Shown: positions 24,794 to 33,962 of the stretch, in pieces
Numbering within the stretch: position 1 is the first letter of the stretch
Layout of the letters: the number at the start of each line of letters is the position of its first letter
IMG/VR virus record: IMGVR_UViG_3300045911_000602
Length of the DNA: 64,000 bases
Strand: one strand, 5' to 3'
From: a virus
Notes under the pieces: generated by a model
What the model was told of the DNA's origin: nothing
Databases searched by the model: none
Seen by the model: only the letters and a program-made list of their open reading frames with translations
Translations under genes and position numbers: made by a program

Positions 24794-25048
24794 TCAACGG
24801 AATGGAATTTCTTTCACCGGTGTTTCTTCCGGCGAAAGGATTCTTTCAACAATAAACACATCATAAATTTTATCATCTTCTGGGTGCTTGATTTCTTCTA
24901 AAAAGAAATCTCCAAAACTATATCTCCAATACACAAACACTTCCCTTTCACCGTTCCAACGAGCAACGCTTGCATTACGACAGCTGCCTTGATAATATGC
25001 ACCATCAACGAGATCTTTTTTAGCAATTCTGCATGGAATATTTCTCAT
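24794..25048 (-). CDS. hypothetical protein (84 aa)
   Basis: ORF only. Confidence 0.6.
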   Translation of the reverse strand: MRNIPCRIAKKDLVDGAYYQGSCRNASVARWNGEREVFVYWRYSFGDFFLEEIKHPEDDKIYDVFIVERILSPEETPVKEIPFR

Positions 25049-25608
25049 TATGCCAGCCCTTCTTCAATGTATTTTTTGTACGGCTTCCTTGGTTGATAAG
25101 CAATAAGCTCAATACCAACCGCTTCATATGCTTTCTTCCAATTCCCGAAATCGCTTTTGTTCTTCCTTGTGTACTGATCAAGAAGACGATTTTCTTCTGC
25201 AGAAACAAGATGAACCATCCGAAACATATTCAACCAGCGAATAATGTAGCTTTTGTTGATCGGACGCTTTTTTTGCTTCTGACGCTTGACATAGTTAAGA
25301 ATGAATGTGCCAGCACCCTGGCGATTGTAATAATGTTCTTCGGTGGGATATTTTTGATCGCCTGAAGCAATGGCACGGATTGCTCCCTTGCTGATAAATC
25401 CGGATTTGATCACCGAAAGCTCATAAATGTCATTCCCAATACCTCTTGCTCGAGCAGAAAAACGCTTTTCGTTTTCCCAGACTTCGTTTGGAATGTTTTC
25501 AATTTTACAAAAAATTTGATCGATAAAATCAAGATCACGATCACAAAAAACAATTTCCATGATTGACTTTGCCTGAATTGAAAATTGATGGTGTGAACTA
25601 TCAAACAA
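25048..25608 (-). CDS. hypothetical protein (186 aa)
   Basis: ORF only. Confidence 0.65.
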   Translation of the reverse strand: MFDSSHHQFSIQAKSIMEIVFCDRDLDFIDQIFCKIENIPNEVWENEKRFSARARGIGNDIYELSVIKSGFISKGAIRAIASGDQKYPTEEHYYNRQGAGTFILNYVKRQKQKKRPINKSYIIRWLNMFRMVHLVSAEENRLLDQYTRKNKSDFGNWKKAYEAVGIELIAYQPRKPYKKYIEEGLA

Positions 25609-25621
25609 AATTCAATTGGGG

Positions 25622-26173
25622 TCAACGATTTTCATTTTTCCGATTTTCGGAATTTGTTTCATGTGAACTTGTAAGCGAACGAATGATTGTTTCCATTCTG
25701 TGATTAGCAAGAGTGGCAGCAATGTTCCAGATTTTACAAGCTTCATTATATGTTGCTACATGATCAGGATTATTTCTACTGAACACACTTTGATATAAAT
25801 TGATGAAATCGGTGTGATCTTTTGCAGCTGTAAGCAACCTTCCTTCAAGCTCACCAATATATTTTTGGTTCGCTTTCCAGTTTCCTACCGGGATTTCTTC
25901 ATCAAGAGAAAGCAAAATTTCTTTTGCTCTCTTATCAAGAGAATCTAACCAATAATAATAGTCAATTGAATCTTCGCTCCCTTGTTTTTTAGCAAAATCA
26001 AGAGATATGTGTTCTATATCTGTTGAATATTGTGTTTTTGCAATCCACCAACCGGTGTTCCAGTCAAGGTGGTCTCGCAGAGTTTGTTTGTAAGGATTTT
26101 CGGAACTTGCTAATCCTAGCAAGTAACTTTCGTGTCCTTCTCTTACTGCTTTTGATAAGAATTTTTGTTTCAT
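25622..26173 (-). CDS. hypothetical protein (183 aa)
   Basis: The palindrome TTTACTAGTAAA (26179-26190) sits just upstream of the start. Confidence 0.65.
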   Translation of the reverse strand: MKQKFLSKAVREGHESYLLGLASSENPYKQTLRDHLDWNTGWWIAKTQYSTDIEHISLDFAKKQGSEDSIDYYYWLDSLDKRAKEILLSLDEEIPVGNWKANQKYIGELEGRLLTAAKDHTDFINLYQSVFSRNNPDHVATYNEACKIWNIAATLANHRMETIIRSLTSSHETNSENRKNENR

Positions 26174-26240
26174 CGTTGTTTACTAGTAAAGATAAATCAC
26201 GAATAACTTATTTCTGAATTTGTGTACTTGACTACCAATA

Positions 26241-26510
26241 TTAACAAGACGACATTGCTTTTACTTTACGAACAGAAGTTGTATGAGGCTTCTGTGACGA
26301 ACTTAATAAAAAGTTTACTCTATCTGCAATTTTCTTGTCAACGGATAAACTGTAAAATTCTAGGCGCGCTTGTGGAGTCATACAAAGTTGTCCTTTTAAA
26401 CTATTTACATGAAGCAACCTGAGGAAATTCAAATAAACCTCGGGGTGAATTATTGCTCCCTTGTAAATATATTCTTGAATTTGTTCGGGTGATATGTTAT
26501 TAGGCTTCAT
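26241..26510 (-). CDS. hypothetical protein (89 aa)
   Basis: ORF only. Confidence 0.5.
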   Translation of the reverse strand: MKPNNISPEQIQEYIYKGAIIHPEVYLNFLRLLHVNSLKGQLCMTPQARLEFYSLSVDKKIADRVNFLLSSSQKPHTTSVRKVKAMSSC

Positions 26511-26530
26511 AATATATCACCCCTGTTAAT

Positions 26531-27325
26531 TTATTTCTTGTTATGAGCCCCGCAACACATTTTCCAAAGAGTGTTGACGATTTGTGATTTAGTTTTATCA
26601 CTCACAGGGTGTGAATCTAGTAAGGGATCATTGTCAAGAACTTCAAATGCTATATCTGTAAATACTGATCTTTTTCTAAGATCAACACTACGATCATCAC
26701 CTTCTTCTTTGATTACTCTGAGCCATGTTTCGTAATCGGATTGTGTAATAAAGTTTGTTGCTTCTTCCATTGGAAGTGCTTGAATTTCATCTCTTAATGT
26801 ATCTAACAGTTCGCGTGAAGCTTCGATCCACTTGTCTTTTGTGTTAATATCTGACATATCAGAATAATTATTCATTGCATGGTCATGGATCTGTTGAATT
26901 GCTTTTTCTTCAGAAATATTTTTGGTAAAAATCAGATTGTTTAGCTTCATCAAAAGCGTTTCAATTTCTTTATCTGTCCAATACTTTAAATTATATACAT
27001 TATGTGATTCAACCAAAACATGTTCAGCAAGAGATGTCAAAACATCATATTGTTTTTTTGTAATGATTCCCGACCAAAAGTCTTTGTTTGCGTCCCATCC
27101 GCCTTCAAAAATATAGCCTTCGCTTTTAAGACCTTCAATAATTAAATTATCGTCTTCAGATATCAGTCTGTGAGTTCCTGAGAAGAAATTCATCCATCCA
27201 TGAAGCGACGAATTAATCCCATGCTCTTTAGCCATTATATATTGTACTTTTTGTAAAAGTTTTACTTTTTCGCTTCCTATTTCTTCCATTAATGAAAGTT
27301 GTTTCATGAATTCAAACGTTGCCAT
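26531..27325 (-). CDS. hypothetical protein (264 aa)
   Basis: ORF only. Confidence 0.65.
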   Translation of the reverse strand: MATFEFMKQLSLMEEIGSEKVKLLQKVQYIMAKEHGINSSLHGWMNFFSGTHRLISEDDNLIIEGLKSEGYIFEGGWDANKDFWSGIITKKQYDVLTSLAEHVLVESHNVYNLKYWTDKEIETLLMKLNNLIFTKNISEEKAIQQIHDHAMNNYSDMSDINTKDKWIEASRELLDTLRDEIQALPMEEATNFITQSDYETWLRVIKEEGDDRSVDLRKRSVFTDIAFEVLDNDPLLDSHPVSDKTKSQIVNTLWKMCCGAHNKK

Positions 27326-27362
27326 AATTTATCTACTCCGTTGTTTAATATATTTATTATTT

Positions 27363-27683
27363 TTAAGCAAAAATTGTTGAGAGTAGTTGTGATAGAGTGC
27401 CAGTTGAGATCGCTCCAGTTTTCGTTGAAACAATGTCATTGTCTTTAATGACAACTATTGAAGGAATACCACGAATATGATATTTTCGAGCAATGTCAGA
27501 ATACTGATCAATATCAATTTTTACAAAGTCGAGCATAGGAGTTTTCATTGATACTTCTTCGACACTAGGTGCAAATGTTTTACACGGACCACACCACTTT
27601 GCTGTAAAGTATAAAACAAGATTTTTTGAATTGTTTATAATTTTTTGTAATTCTTCCTGCGACTGTGGGACTACTAACATCAT
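27363..27683 (-). CDS. trxA: thioredoxin
   Basis: WCGPCK active site and a size of about 105 aa. Confidence 0.9.
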   Translation of the reverse strand: MMLVVPQSQEELQKIINNSKNLVLYFTAKWCGPCKTFAPSVEEVSMKTPMLDFVKIDIDQYSDIARKYHIRGIPSIVVIKDNDIVSTKTGAISTGTLSQLLSTIFA

Positions 27684-27773
27684 TTTTCCTTTTTAAATGT
27701 TAAACTTTTGTCAATCAATGCGTGAGAAATTCAGTTGAAGATGCTAGTTGTTCTTAAGAACAACTAGCAGTTT

Positions 27774-28280
27774 TCACTCAAACAAGTCTTCATTCCATTC
27801 ACGGTGCCCTTCGCGCCATGCCATATTGCTTTCTGTTTCTCGAACTTCGACACGGAAGCACCAAACTCGTTCCGCTTCACCAGGCCCCCAGTAATCAGGA
27901 ATAAAAACACCATTAATAAATTTATACAACATATCAGCTAATCCTTCACACCCGAGCTTAGGAAGAATTGTTAATTTTGCAAGTTTCTTTTCCTCCAAAA
28001 GCTTAAACGTTTCAATTTCAGGATCGTCTTCTGCAACAAGAAGAGTGTGGTCAAATTGGTCTTGTAAAATTTCTTTTAATTCTTTTAGACCACCATAATC
28101 AGCAACCCAGTTTCGAACATCAAGGCTGTTTGATCCAAAATAAAATTTCATAGTAAAAGCATAACCATGAATTAAATTGCAATGACTGTCTGCTCTCCAC
28201 TGACGATATGCACAAGGAAATGCATCCACATATTGTTTTGTGGAAACATATTTGTATGTGATTGGTTGATAAGATGTCAT
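27774..28280 (-). CDS. queD: 6-pyruvoyl-tetrahydropterin synthase / QueD-family protein
   Basis: The SHCNLIHGYAF block resembles the CxxxHGH zinc/catalytic motif, with the last His replaced by Tyr. It lies two genes from a QueE-like radical-SAM gene. Confidence 0.6.
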   Translation of the reverse strand: MTSYQPITYKYVSTKQYVDAFPCAYRQWRADSHCNLIHGYAFTMKFYFGSNSLDVRNWVADYGGLKELKEILQDQFDHTLLVAEDDPEIETFKLLEEKKLAKLTILPKLGCEGLADMLYKFINGVFIPDYWGPGEAERVWCFRVEVRETESNMAWREGHREWNEDLFE

Positions 28281-28353
28281 AATTTTGTCCTCCCAAAAAA
28301 ATGATTATGACGGCAGAATTTTTAGAGAGGGATGACGCCAAGACCTCTGTTGA

Positions 28354-28656
28354 TTATTTACTTACACATTCCTCCAAAAACATTGAAGCAATTTCGTTTC
28401 CGGTTTTATTACTATCCCACACAATATCAATATATTTCAACAAAAAAAGTTGTTCTTCTTTTGAAAAATCTTGTATTCTTGGCAAAAACATTTCTAAAAA
28501 TATTTGTTTTGGAATGTCTTCGTCGTTTTTCAGTTTGTTTGTGTCGAGAATAAAATTCGAACCATCAATACATTCTCCTACAGAAAATGTTCGAGAAAAA
28601 CACGTCAATGGAAACAAAAAAGTTATTAGTAAAGAGAGCGATATAATTGTTTTCAT
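28354..28656 (-). CDS. small secreted protein (100 aa), paralog of 28653..28994
   Basis: Signal peptide MKTIISLSLLITFLFPLTCFS. Shared block ECI/YxGSxF. Confidence 0.6.
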   Translation of the reverse strand: MKTIISLSLLITFLFPLTCFSRTFSVGECIDGSNFILDTNKLKNDEDIPKQIFLEMFLPRIQDFSKEEQLFLLKYIDIVWDSNKTGNEIASMFLEECVSK

Positions 28657-28994
28657 TGTTTAATATAAATGAGACAGTCAAATAAAAACTCTTCTCTGTG
28701 TTTTGAGGGTTCTTTTTTATTTTCCCAGACTTTAAGTGCTTGATTTAAAATGAAAAATTCATCGTTTTCGTTTTGAACGAACCATCTTAATTCTTCAGGA
28801 ACAGACTTTAGTTTTTCAAAGTCTTCAAACATTTGAGAAATAAAATTTTCTTTAACTCCCTCAATTTTTCCACTCTCTCTCAACAACGCAGCGTTTTCAA
28901 TAAATTGAGAACCTTCATAACACTCATCCGTTGTTACAGCATTGACAACACATGGAATTAATAAACCGAATACTAATAATAGTTTAAAAATCAT
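28653..28994 (-). CDS. small secreted protein (113 aa), paralog of 28354..28656
   Basis: Signal peptide. Start trimmed from the TTG at 29006 to the ATG at 28994. Confidence 0.6.
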   Translation of the reverse strand: MIFKLLLVFGLLIPCVVNAVTTDECYEGSQFIENAALLRESGKIEGVKENFISQMFEDFEKLKSVPEELRWFVQNENDEFFILNQALKVWENKKEPSKHREEFLFDCLIYIKQ

Positions 28995-29430
28995 TTTCAG
29001 CACCAATCCCTTCCATTGATAAAATTTTTCTATACGTTGCTTTTACAACTGGAACATGAAGTTCACGACCTTCGTCAATGAATTTTTCGAGCGTCATCCA
29101 TTGCGTTGAACTTGTTTCATATGAAGGTTCGCCAAACAACAATTTTTCTTTTACCTTGCATGTAAAGATTGTTGTTCTTCCCATGAAAACACCAACTTCT
29201 TCAATTTTAATAATGTTTCCTTTAAATAAACCGAGCTCTTCTTGACCTTCACGTAACGCTGCATCTAGGTGTGTTTTGTCTTCGGGATCGACTTTTCCCT
29301 TGGCAATTTGAAATTTTTCGCCACCAAATTCTACGTTTGATGGTTTCATAAACAACATAATAATATCGCTTCCATCAATAAAGTATGGAATTATTCCTGC
29401 TCTATAAATTATTTTTCGTTCTTGTTCCAT
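28984..29430 (-). CDS. Nudix hydrolase
   Basis: Nudix box GKVDPEDKTHLDAALREGQEELGL (Gx5Ex7REUxEExGU). Confidence 0.85.
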   Translation of the reverse strand: MEQERKIIYRAGIIPYFIDGSDIIMLFMKPSNVEFGGEKFQIAKGKVDPEDKTHLDAALREGQEELGLFKGNIIKIEEVGVFMGRTTIFTCKVKEKLLFGEPSYETSSTQWMTLEKFIDEGRELHVPVVKATYRKILSMEGIGAENDF

Positions 29431-29454
29431 GACATTTATCCTTTATTGTATTTA

Positions 29455-30333
29455 TCATGTTCCTACACCGTTACCAAATACAGAATTTTGTATACGATGA
29501 CAATAAATATATCCCTTTTCTATGCACATCTTTGCAACTTTGGCAGAAATTTCTTGTTGTTGTTCTTCGGTGCAAGCCGTTGGCATAATATATACATCTA
29601 TATCTTTAGGAATACCGACGCTATAATATTCGTTCATTGCATCTTCAACTTCTTTAAAATCTTGTTCGTTGGGACCACATACAAATTTGAAATATTGTTC
29701 ACTTGTAGCATACGGGTCCTCGAATTGTTGAAGTGCAACGGCTGGGTTAACAGCTCGATGCCATTTTTCGCCGCTTGCTGAAGGAAGTTTCGGTGAATTT
29801 GACCACGTAACAAAAATATAGTTTTCGTGGCAAAATTTGTAAAAATTAATCACATCTTCTTTACGTAATGGAACACTACAATTTGTTTCAATCAGGACAT
29901 GAGACACATCTTGGAATTGTGGAGCGTATAGAAGGTTTGTGAAATTTTTCATTCGTAGGGTAGGTTCCCCACCAGTTAAACTTAAAATGATTGGTTTATT
30001 TGTGCTGGGATTAACAAACGAATTATGAGGCAATACTTTTAAAACTTCTTCTCCAAGTTCTTCTGCAGATCCTTTTTTCCACATGTGAGAAAATTTTTCA
30101 TCCCACGAATAAATGCTGTCGCATCCTTTGTGGATAAGCGGAATTGAATAAATGTCTTTGTAATCTTTTGGATTAAAACCAAGAACTTCTATTGAAGTTG
30201 TATCTAAATTTTCTGGATTATTGAATTTACGACATTGAAAATTGCAGCGAGCGAAACGAATATATGCTGTAGGATGTCCTGAATATTTTGCTTCACCTTC
30301 AATTGACATAAACACTTCTGACCATTCAAACAT
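29455..30333 (-). CDS. queE: 7-carboxy-7-deazaguanine synthase-like radical-SAM enzyme
   Basis: Motifs EVFMSIEGEAKYSGHPTAYIRFARCNFQC, LTGGEPTL, LIETNCS and a C-terminal HRIQNS. The third cluster cysteine appears displaced about 36 residues (GCDS). Confidence 0.65.
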   Translation of the reverse strand: MFEWSEVFMSIEGEAKYSGHPTAYIRFARCNFQCRKFNNPENLDTTSIEVLGFNPKDYKDIYSIPLIHKGCDSIYSWDEKFSHMWKKGSAEELGEEVLKVLPHNSFVNPSTNKPIILSLTGGEPTLRMKNFTNLLYAPQFQDVSHVLIETNCSVPLRKEDVINFYKFCHENYIFVTWSNSPKLPSASGEKWHRAVNPAVALQQFEDPYATSEQYFKFVCGPNEQDFKEVEDAMNEYYSVGIPKDIDVYIMPTACTEEQQQEISAKVAKMCIEKGYIYCHRIQNSVFGNGVGT

Positions 30334-30426
30334 AATTATCTCCTCAGGATAATTATATTATATATGACAAAACTTTATGCGTCAACTTTAATCTCTATAG
30401 TTATGGTGGAACAAATTCTTGTTTAT

Positions 30427-30540
30427 TCACACCATTTCAATACAAGCAACAATTATTCTGTAAACAATAAATACAATTAAAAAACAACACAACGACACAA
30501 GTCCATAATAAATTATATTGTTTCTCGTTGTTGTATTCAT
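30427..30540 (-). CDS. small membrane peptide candidate (37 aa)
   Basis: Hand-translated: MNTTTRNNIIYYGLVSLCCFLIVFIVYRIIVACIEMV. The RBS is weak. Confidence 0.3.
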   Translation of the reverse strand: MNTTTRNNIIYYGLVSLCCFLIVFIVYRIIVACIEMV

Positions 30541-30564
30541 TTTTCTTTATCCCAAAAACGTTTG

Positions 30565-30636
30565 CGTCCCCACAAGGAATCGAACCCTGAACTCAACGTT
30601 CGAAGCGTTGTATGATATCCATTTCACCATAGAGAC
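30565..30636 (-). tRNA. tRNA-Arg(UCG), no encoded CCA
   Basis: Folded by hand. Acceptor GUCUCUA/UGGGGAC; anticodon arm CAACG-CUUCGAA-CGUUG; T-arm CAGGG-UUCGAUU-CCUUG. Confidence 0.85.
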
Positions 30637-30641
30637 GATTT

Positions 30642-30836
30642 TTAATTGCTGAACAAGTCAATTAAATCTCGTTTTAACGAAGACTTGAGTTTATTGTTAA
30701 GGTAATGATACCTAGGCAGTTCAAGAAATTCGTCAACAGTGATATTTAATTCTTCTAATGTTGGGGGGTTTAAACCAAACCTGCTGGAAATATATTTTGT
30801 TGCTAACTTTCTAACATCTTGATATGAAGGTTTCAT
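30642..30836 (-). CDS. hypothetical protein (64 aa)
   Basis: ORF between tRNA genes. Confidence 0.5.
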   Translation of the reverse strand: MKPSYQDVRKLATKYISSRFGLNPPTLEELNITVDEFLELPRYHYLNNKLKSSLKRDLIDLFSN

Positions 30837-30960
30837 TTTATCGCGTTCTAATAATTCTAACAGTTTTGTTGCAAATCTTCTTGCGTCAGGCTTTAGAAGT
30901 ATTTATACAATCTTAAGAGATAACAAATTTTTCTTATGGCAGTTCCGTGTGACAACTTTG

Positions 30961-31047
30961 CGGAAAGTGTGAGATTCGAACTCACGAACTCTGCAAAGAG
31001 TTTTCTGCTTTCGAGACAGATGCCTTAAACCACTCGGCCAACTTTCC
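30961..31047 (-). tRNA. tRNA-Ser(CGA), class II, no encoded CCA
   Basis: Acceptor GGAAAGU/ACUUUCC; loop CUCGAAA; long variable arm; T-arm GUGAG-UUCGAAU-CUCAC. Confidence 0.85.
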
Positions 31048-31054
31048 ATTTCAA

Positions 31055-31140
31055 TGGTGCTCAGCGCGAGATTCGAACTCGCACGCTGTTTAGGCGGGAG
31101 GGTTTGAGCCTCCTGGGTCTACCGATTCCCCCAGCTGAGC
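31055..31140 (-). tRNA. tRNA-Leu(CAA), class II, CCA encoded
   Basis: Acceptor GCUCAGC/GCUGAGC; anticodon arm GGAGG-CUCAAAC-CCUCC; long variable arm; T-arm GCGAG-UUCGAAU-CUCGC. Confidence 0.9.
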
Positions 31141-31165
31141 ACATTTAAAAATTATATATTAAAAA

Positions 31166-31651
31166 TTATCTGTTTGGAACTGGTGAAGGTATTTTATTTA
31201 AGCAAGCGACAGAATAAATTGCGTTACCAATTGTGCCGATTTCTTTGGTGTTGACTATATCATTAGCAGCATTTTTATGTTCATGCCATCCAACTACATT
31301 GTCCGTAGCGGTTGTATAGAAATCTGTTATTGGTAAAAGATATCCTGTTCCACAATGTAAAATACCTTCACTATAAATTTTTTTAATGTTTCTTCCAACA
31401 CCAGGAACAACTTTTGCTTCACCCGTAAAATTAATCATTGCCATTACGTGACGCAAGTTTTCATATTCTTGAATATCACTCATATTAATCCAATACTCAA
31501 GACCGTTTTCTTCATTTAGTTTAAACCAGTTGTTTTCATCAAAAGTAATTGTTTCGGGTCTTCCAGCATCATTATAATTAACAATCCAATCGTTAGCGGA
31601 AGCCACTGAAGCAATTAACCCAAAAAATAAACCAATAATAATTTTATTCAT
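31166..31651 (-). CDS. secreted protein (161 aa)
   Basis: Signal peptide MNKIIIGLFFGLIASVASA. Confidence 0.7.
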   Translation of the reverse strand: MNKIIIGLFFGLIASVASANDWIVNYNDAGRPETITFDENNWFKLNEENGLEYWINMSDIQEYENLRHVMAMINFTGEAKVVPGVGRNIKKIYSEGILHCGTGYLLPITDFYTTATDNVVGWHEHKNAANDIVNTKEIGTIGNAIYSVACLNKIPSPVPNR

Positions 31652-31666
31652 TGATAATCTCCTTTA

Positions 31667-32158
31667 TTAAATTTCATATTTAACTGTTGGTTGTTTGTTG
31701 CAAAGGAATGGAAACAATAATCCTGCAACATTTTCTGGAATAACTTGTTCCATTTTCGGTGTTTCGGGCTCATATGTATACAATGTTTTTAGATTCGAGT
31801 TGAAAAATTGTTTTTTGACAACATGAAATGTTTCGAATGTGCAATTCATTTCAATTGTATCAACTAACTTACTAACAGGCTCGGAAAATTTATGTAGAAC
31901 TTGATTATCTTCAACATAATCGTTTTGTTGAGGTCTGATAAAATTTGCATGAAGTTTAAAACGTCTAGTCGATCCTATAAATGTTATCGAAGTTGTTTCG
32001 ATTTCAATAATTACATTATCAACTTTAGCAATTTCTACTAAGTTTGGCTTTGGACCAGCAAACGCTTGTATCCCAACGAGTGAAAGAACAATAAAAGTAA
32101 TTAAAACTACTTGTTGAATAACAAAGAAACGATAAATTTTTAAAGCTTGTATTTTCAT
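31667..32158 (-). CDS. membrane-anchored or secreted protein (163 aa)
   Basis: Track ORF trimmed to MKIQALK because the longer version runs into tRNA-Ser. N-terminal hydrophobic segment. Confidence 0.65.
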   Translation of the reverse strand: MKIQALKIYRFFVIQQVVLITFIVLSLVGIQAFAGPKPNLVEIAKVDNVIIEIETTSITFIGSTRRFKLHANFIRPQQNDYVEDNQVLHKFSEPVSKLVDTIEMNCTFETFHVVKKQFFNSNLKTLYTYEPETPKMEQVIPENVAGLLFPFLCNKQPTVKYEI

Positions 32159-32182
32159 AATTCCGCACCCCACAAAAGCGTG

Positions 32183-32267
32183 CGGAAGGTGAGGGATTTG
32201 AACCCCCGTGTCCTCTCGGACCATCTGTTTTCAAGACAGCGCCATTAAGCCTCTCTGGCAACCTTCC
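32183..32267 (-). tRNA. tRNA-Ser(UGA), class II, no encoded CCA
   Basis: Acceptor GGAAGGU/ACCUUCC; loop CUUGAAA; long variable arm; T-arm GGGGG-UUCAAAU-CCCUC. Confidence 0.85.
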
Positions 32268-32358
32268 GTATTACTTTATTTATGTGATTGCTGCATTGTT
32301 TATTTTTAAATACTTATTCAATTTATCTTGTTGTTTAAACAACATTGGGGTTTTTGAA

Positions 32359-32670
32359 TTATTTTATAACTTTTAAAACCGGTTTTGTTTTTTCTTTTAC
32401 ACCTAGAGCATTAATACTACTTTGAAGTTCTTCTAATTTTTCTTTTAGATCATAAAATGACTCCCACATTAGTTTTGAAATTTGAATTGTTGCAGCCAAT
32501 CCATTTTTAGTTTTGTGAATACCGTTAAGTTTCCATTGAATTTGTTTAAGCTTTGTTTGGTGTTCTTCGGGAGCAGAATTAATCATTTCATCGATTAATT
32601 GATTTCGATAAATTTCAAACTCTTCAACGTTTGTTCGATAAAGTTCGCTTAACTCATCAAATGTTTTCAT
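32359..32670 (-). CDS. hypothetical coiled-coil protein (103 aa)
   Basis: ORF only. Confidence 0.6.
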   Translation of the reverse strand: MKTFDELSELYRTNVEEFEIYRNQLIDEMINSAPEEHQTKLKQIQWKLNGIHKTKNGLAATIQISKLMWESFYDLKEKLEELQSSINALGVKEKTKPVLKVIK

Positions 32671-33137
32671 TTGAAAACTCGCTTTGGTTGTCTTGCTTGA
32701 TATTCATATGTACGTCCAAATGTGAGGTGATGAAACCAACCGGTTTTAAGTTGGAGCTCATTACGTATTTTATCAATGATATCGCACTGAACTTCAACAA
32801 TAAAATAATTACCATCGTCAGGTGAATCAGTCAGGCCACTTCGTACAATTTGATAATCACCAACGTGTCTATAAAAAAATTCAACGCGTTGTTGATGATA
32901 TTTTTTCCATAAATGTTGAACTTCTGGTTTTATTTTTTCGCCCCTAACAATCGAAATGTGAGCGTCCCATGATGGTCTTTGTAAAAGAATATGTTTTTCA
33001 TACTTTATCCACCATCTATAATAACGCGTAATTTCTCTGTCAAGATCAATTACACACCAATTTTCCGTGCGACGTTTCATTGGACCACGAAAAGGATCAT
33101 ATACAATAACACCGCTTCCTTTATGATAACCGACCAC
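32667..33137 (-). CDS. putative 2H phosphoesterase (LigT / cyclic phosphodiesterase-like)
   Basis: Two H-x-[ST]-x motifs, AHISIV and HHLTFG, lie about 85 aa apart. Start set to the GTG at 33137 (AAGGA RBS) because the track start lies inside tRNA-Gly. Confidence 0.5.
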   Translation of the reverse strand: MVGYHKGSGVIVYDPFRGPMKRRTENWCVIDLDREITRYYRWWIKYEKHILLQRPSWDAHISIVRGEKIKPEVQHLWKKYHQQRVEFFYRHVGDYQIVRSGLTDSPDDGNYFIVEVQCDIIDKIRNELQLKTGWFHHLTFGRTYEYQARQPKRVFK

Positions 33138-33155
33138 GGTATTGATTCCTTGTAT

Positions 33156-33232
33156 TGGAGCAGACAGAGAGATTCGAACTCTCACCTCAAGTTTGGAAGA
33201 CTCGCATGCTAACCGTTAAACACCATGCCTGC
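33156..33232 (-). tRNA. tRNA-Gly(UCC), CCA encoded
   Basis: Acceptor GCAGGCA/UGUCUGC; anticodon arm CGAGU-CUUCCAA-ACUUG; T-arm GAGAG-UUCGAAU-CUCUC. Confidence 0.85.
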
Positions 33233-33347
33233 AATGTATTGAAAACATTGTTGCCTTTATTTAGGCTATCAGTAATACTTTATTATTTGTTATAAAACTT
33301 AAAATATATAAATATATTATATAGCATATAATTTAGGATGTCAATGA

Positions 33348-33933
33348 ATGTATTTATCGGCGAAACAAGTTAAAGAAACATATCAGATAACAAGTTAAAC
33401 ACTCCATAACTGGAGAAAAAACAACAAAATTGAATTCAAAAGATTACCTTCTGGTAGAATCGTCTATAAGACGTTGGAAGAAGCTCCTATTGTTAAAAAG
33501 AAAAAATGTTCTTTATGCTAGGGTTAGTAATACAAAACAAAAGGATGATTTGGAACGGCAGAAACAAATTTTACGGCAATTTATGGCATCTAATGGATTT
33601 GTAGTGGATGAAGAATATTCTGACATAGCATCCGGGATGAACGAATCAAGAGCAGGCTTTACTAAGCTGGTCAAAGAATGTCTCGAAGGAAAAATAGATA
33701 CAATTTTCGTAACTTATAAAGATCGATTGACACGTTTTGGTTTTGGTTACATTGAATCAATCTTATCTAGCCTTGGGACAAAAATAGTAATCATTAATGC
33801 AACAAAAGAGGAAGATTTCCAGCAAGAACTAACTCAAGATCTAGTTTCAATCATTCACCACTTCTCGATGAAAATGTATTCAAATAGAAGAAAAATTCTC
33901 AAAGAAGTAGAAGAAAAAATCAAAAACATATAA
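33348..33933 (+). pseudogene. tnpA: IS607-type serine recombinase TnpA, disrupted by an in-frame TAA and a frameshift
   Basis: The MerR-like HTH frame MYLSAKQVKETYQITS*TLHNWRKNNKIEFKRLPSGRIVY has a TAA at 33396-33398. The catalytic frame (NVLYARVSNTKQKDDLERQ...) is +1 relative to it. The switch is in the A-run at 33495-33506. Confidence 0.7.
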
Positions 33934-33962
33934 ATCTATTATAACCAATATAATTTCTTAAA

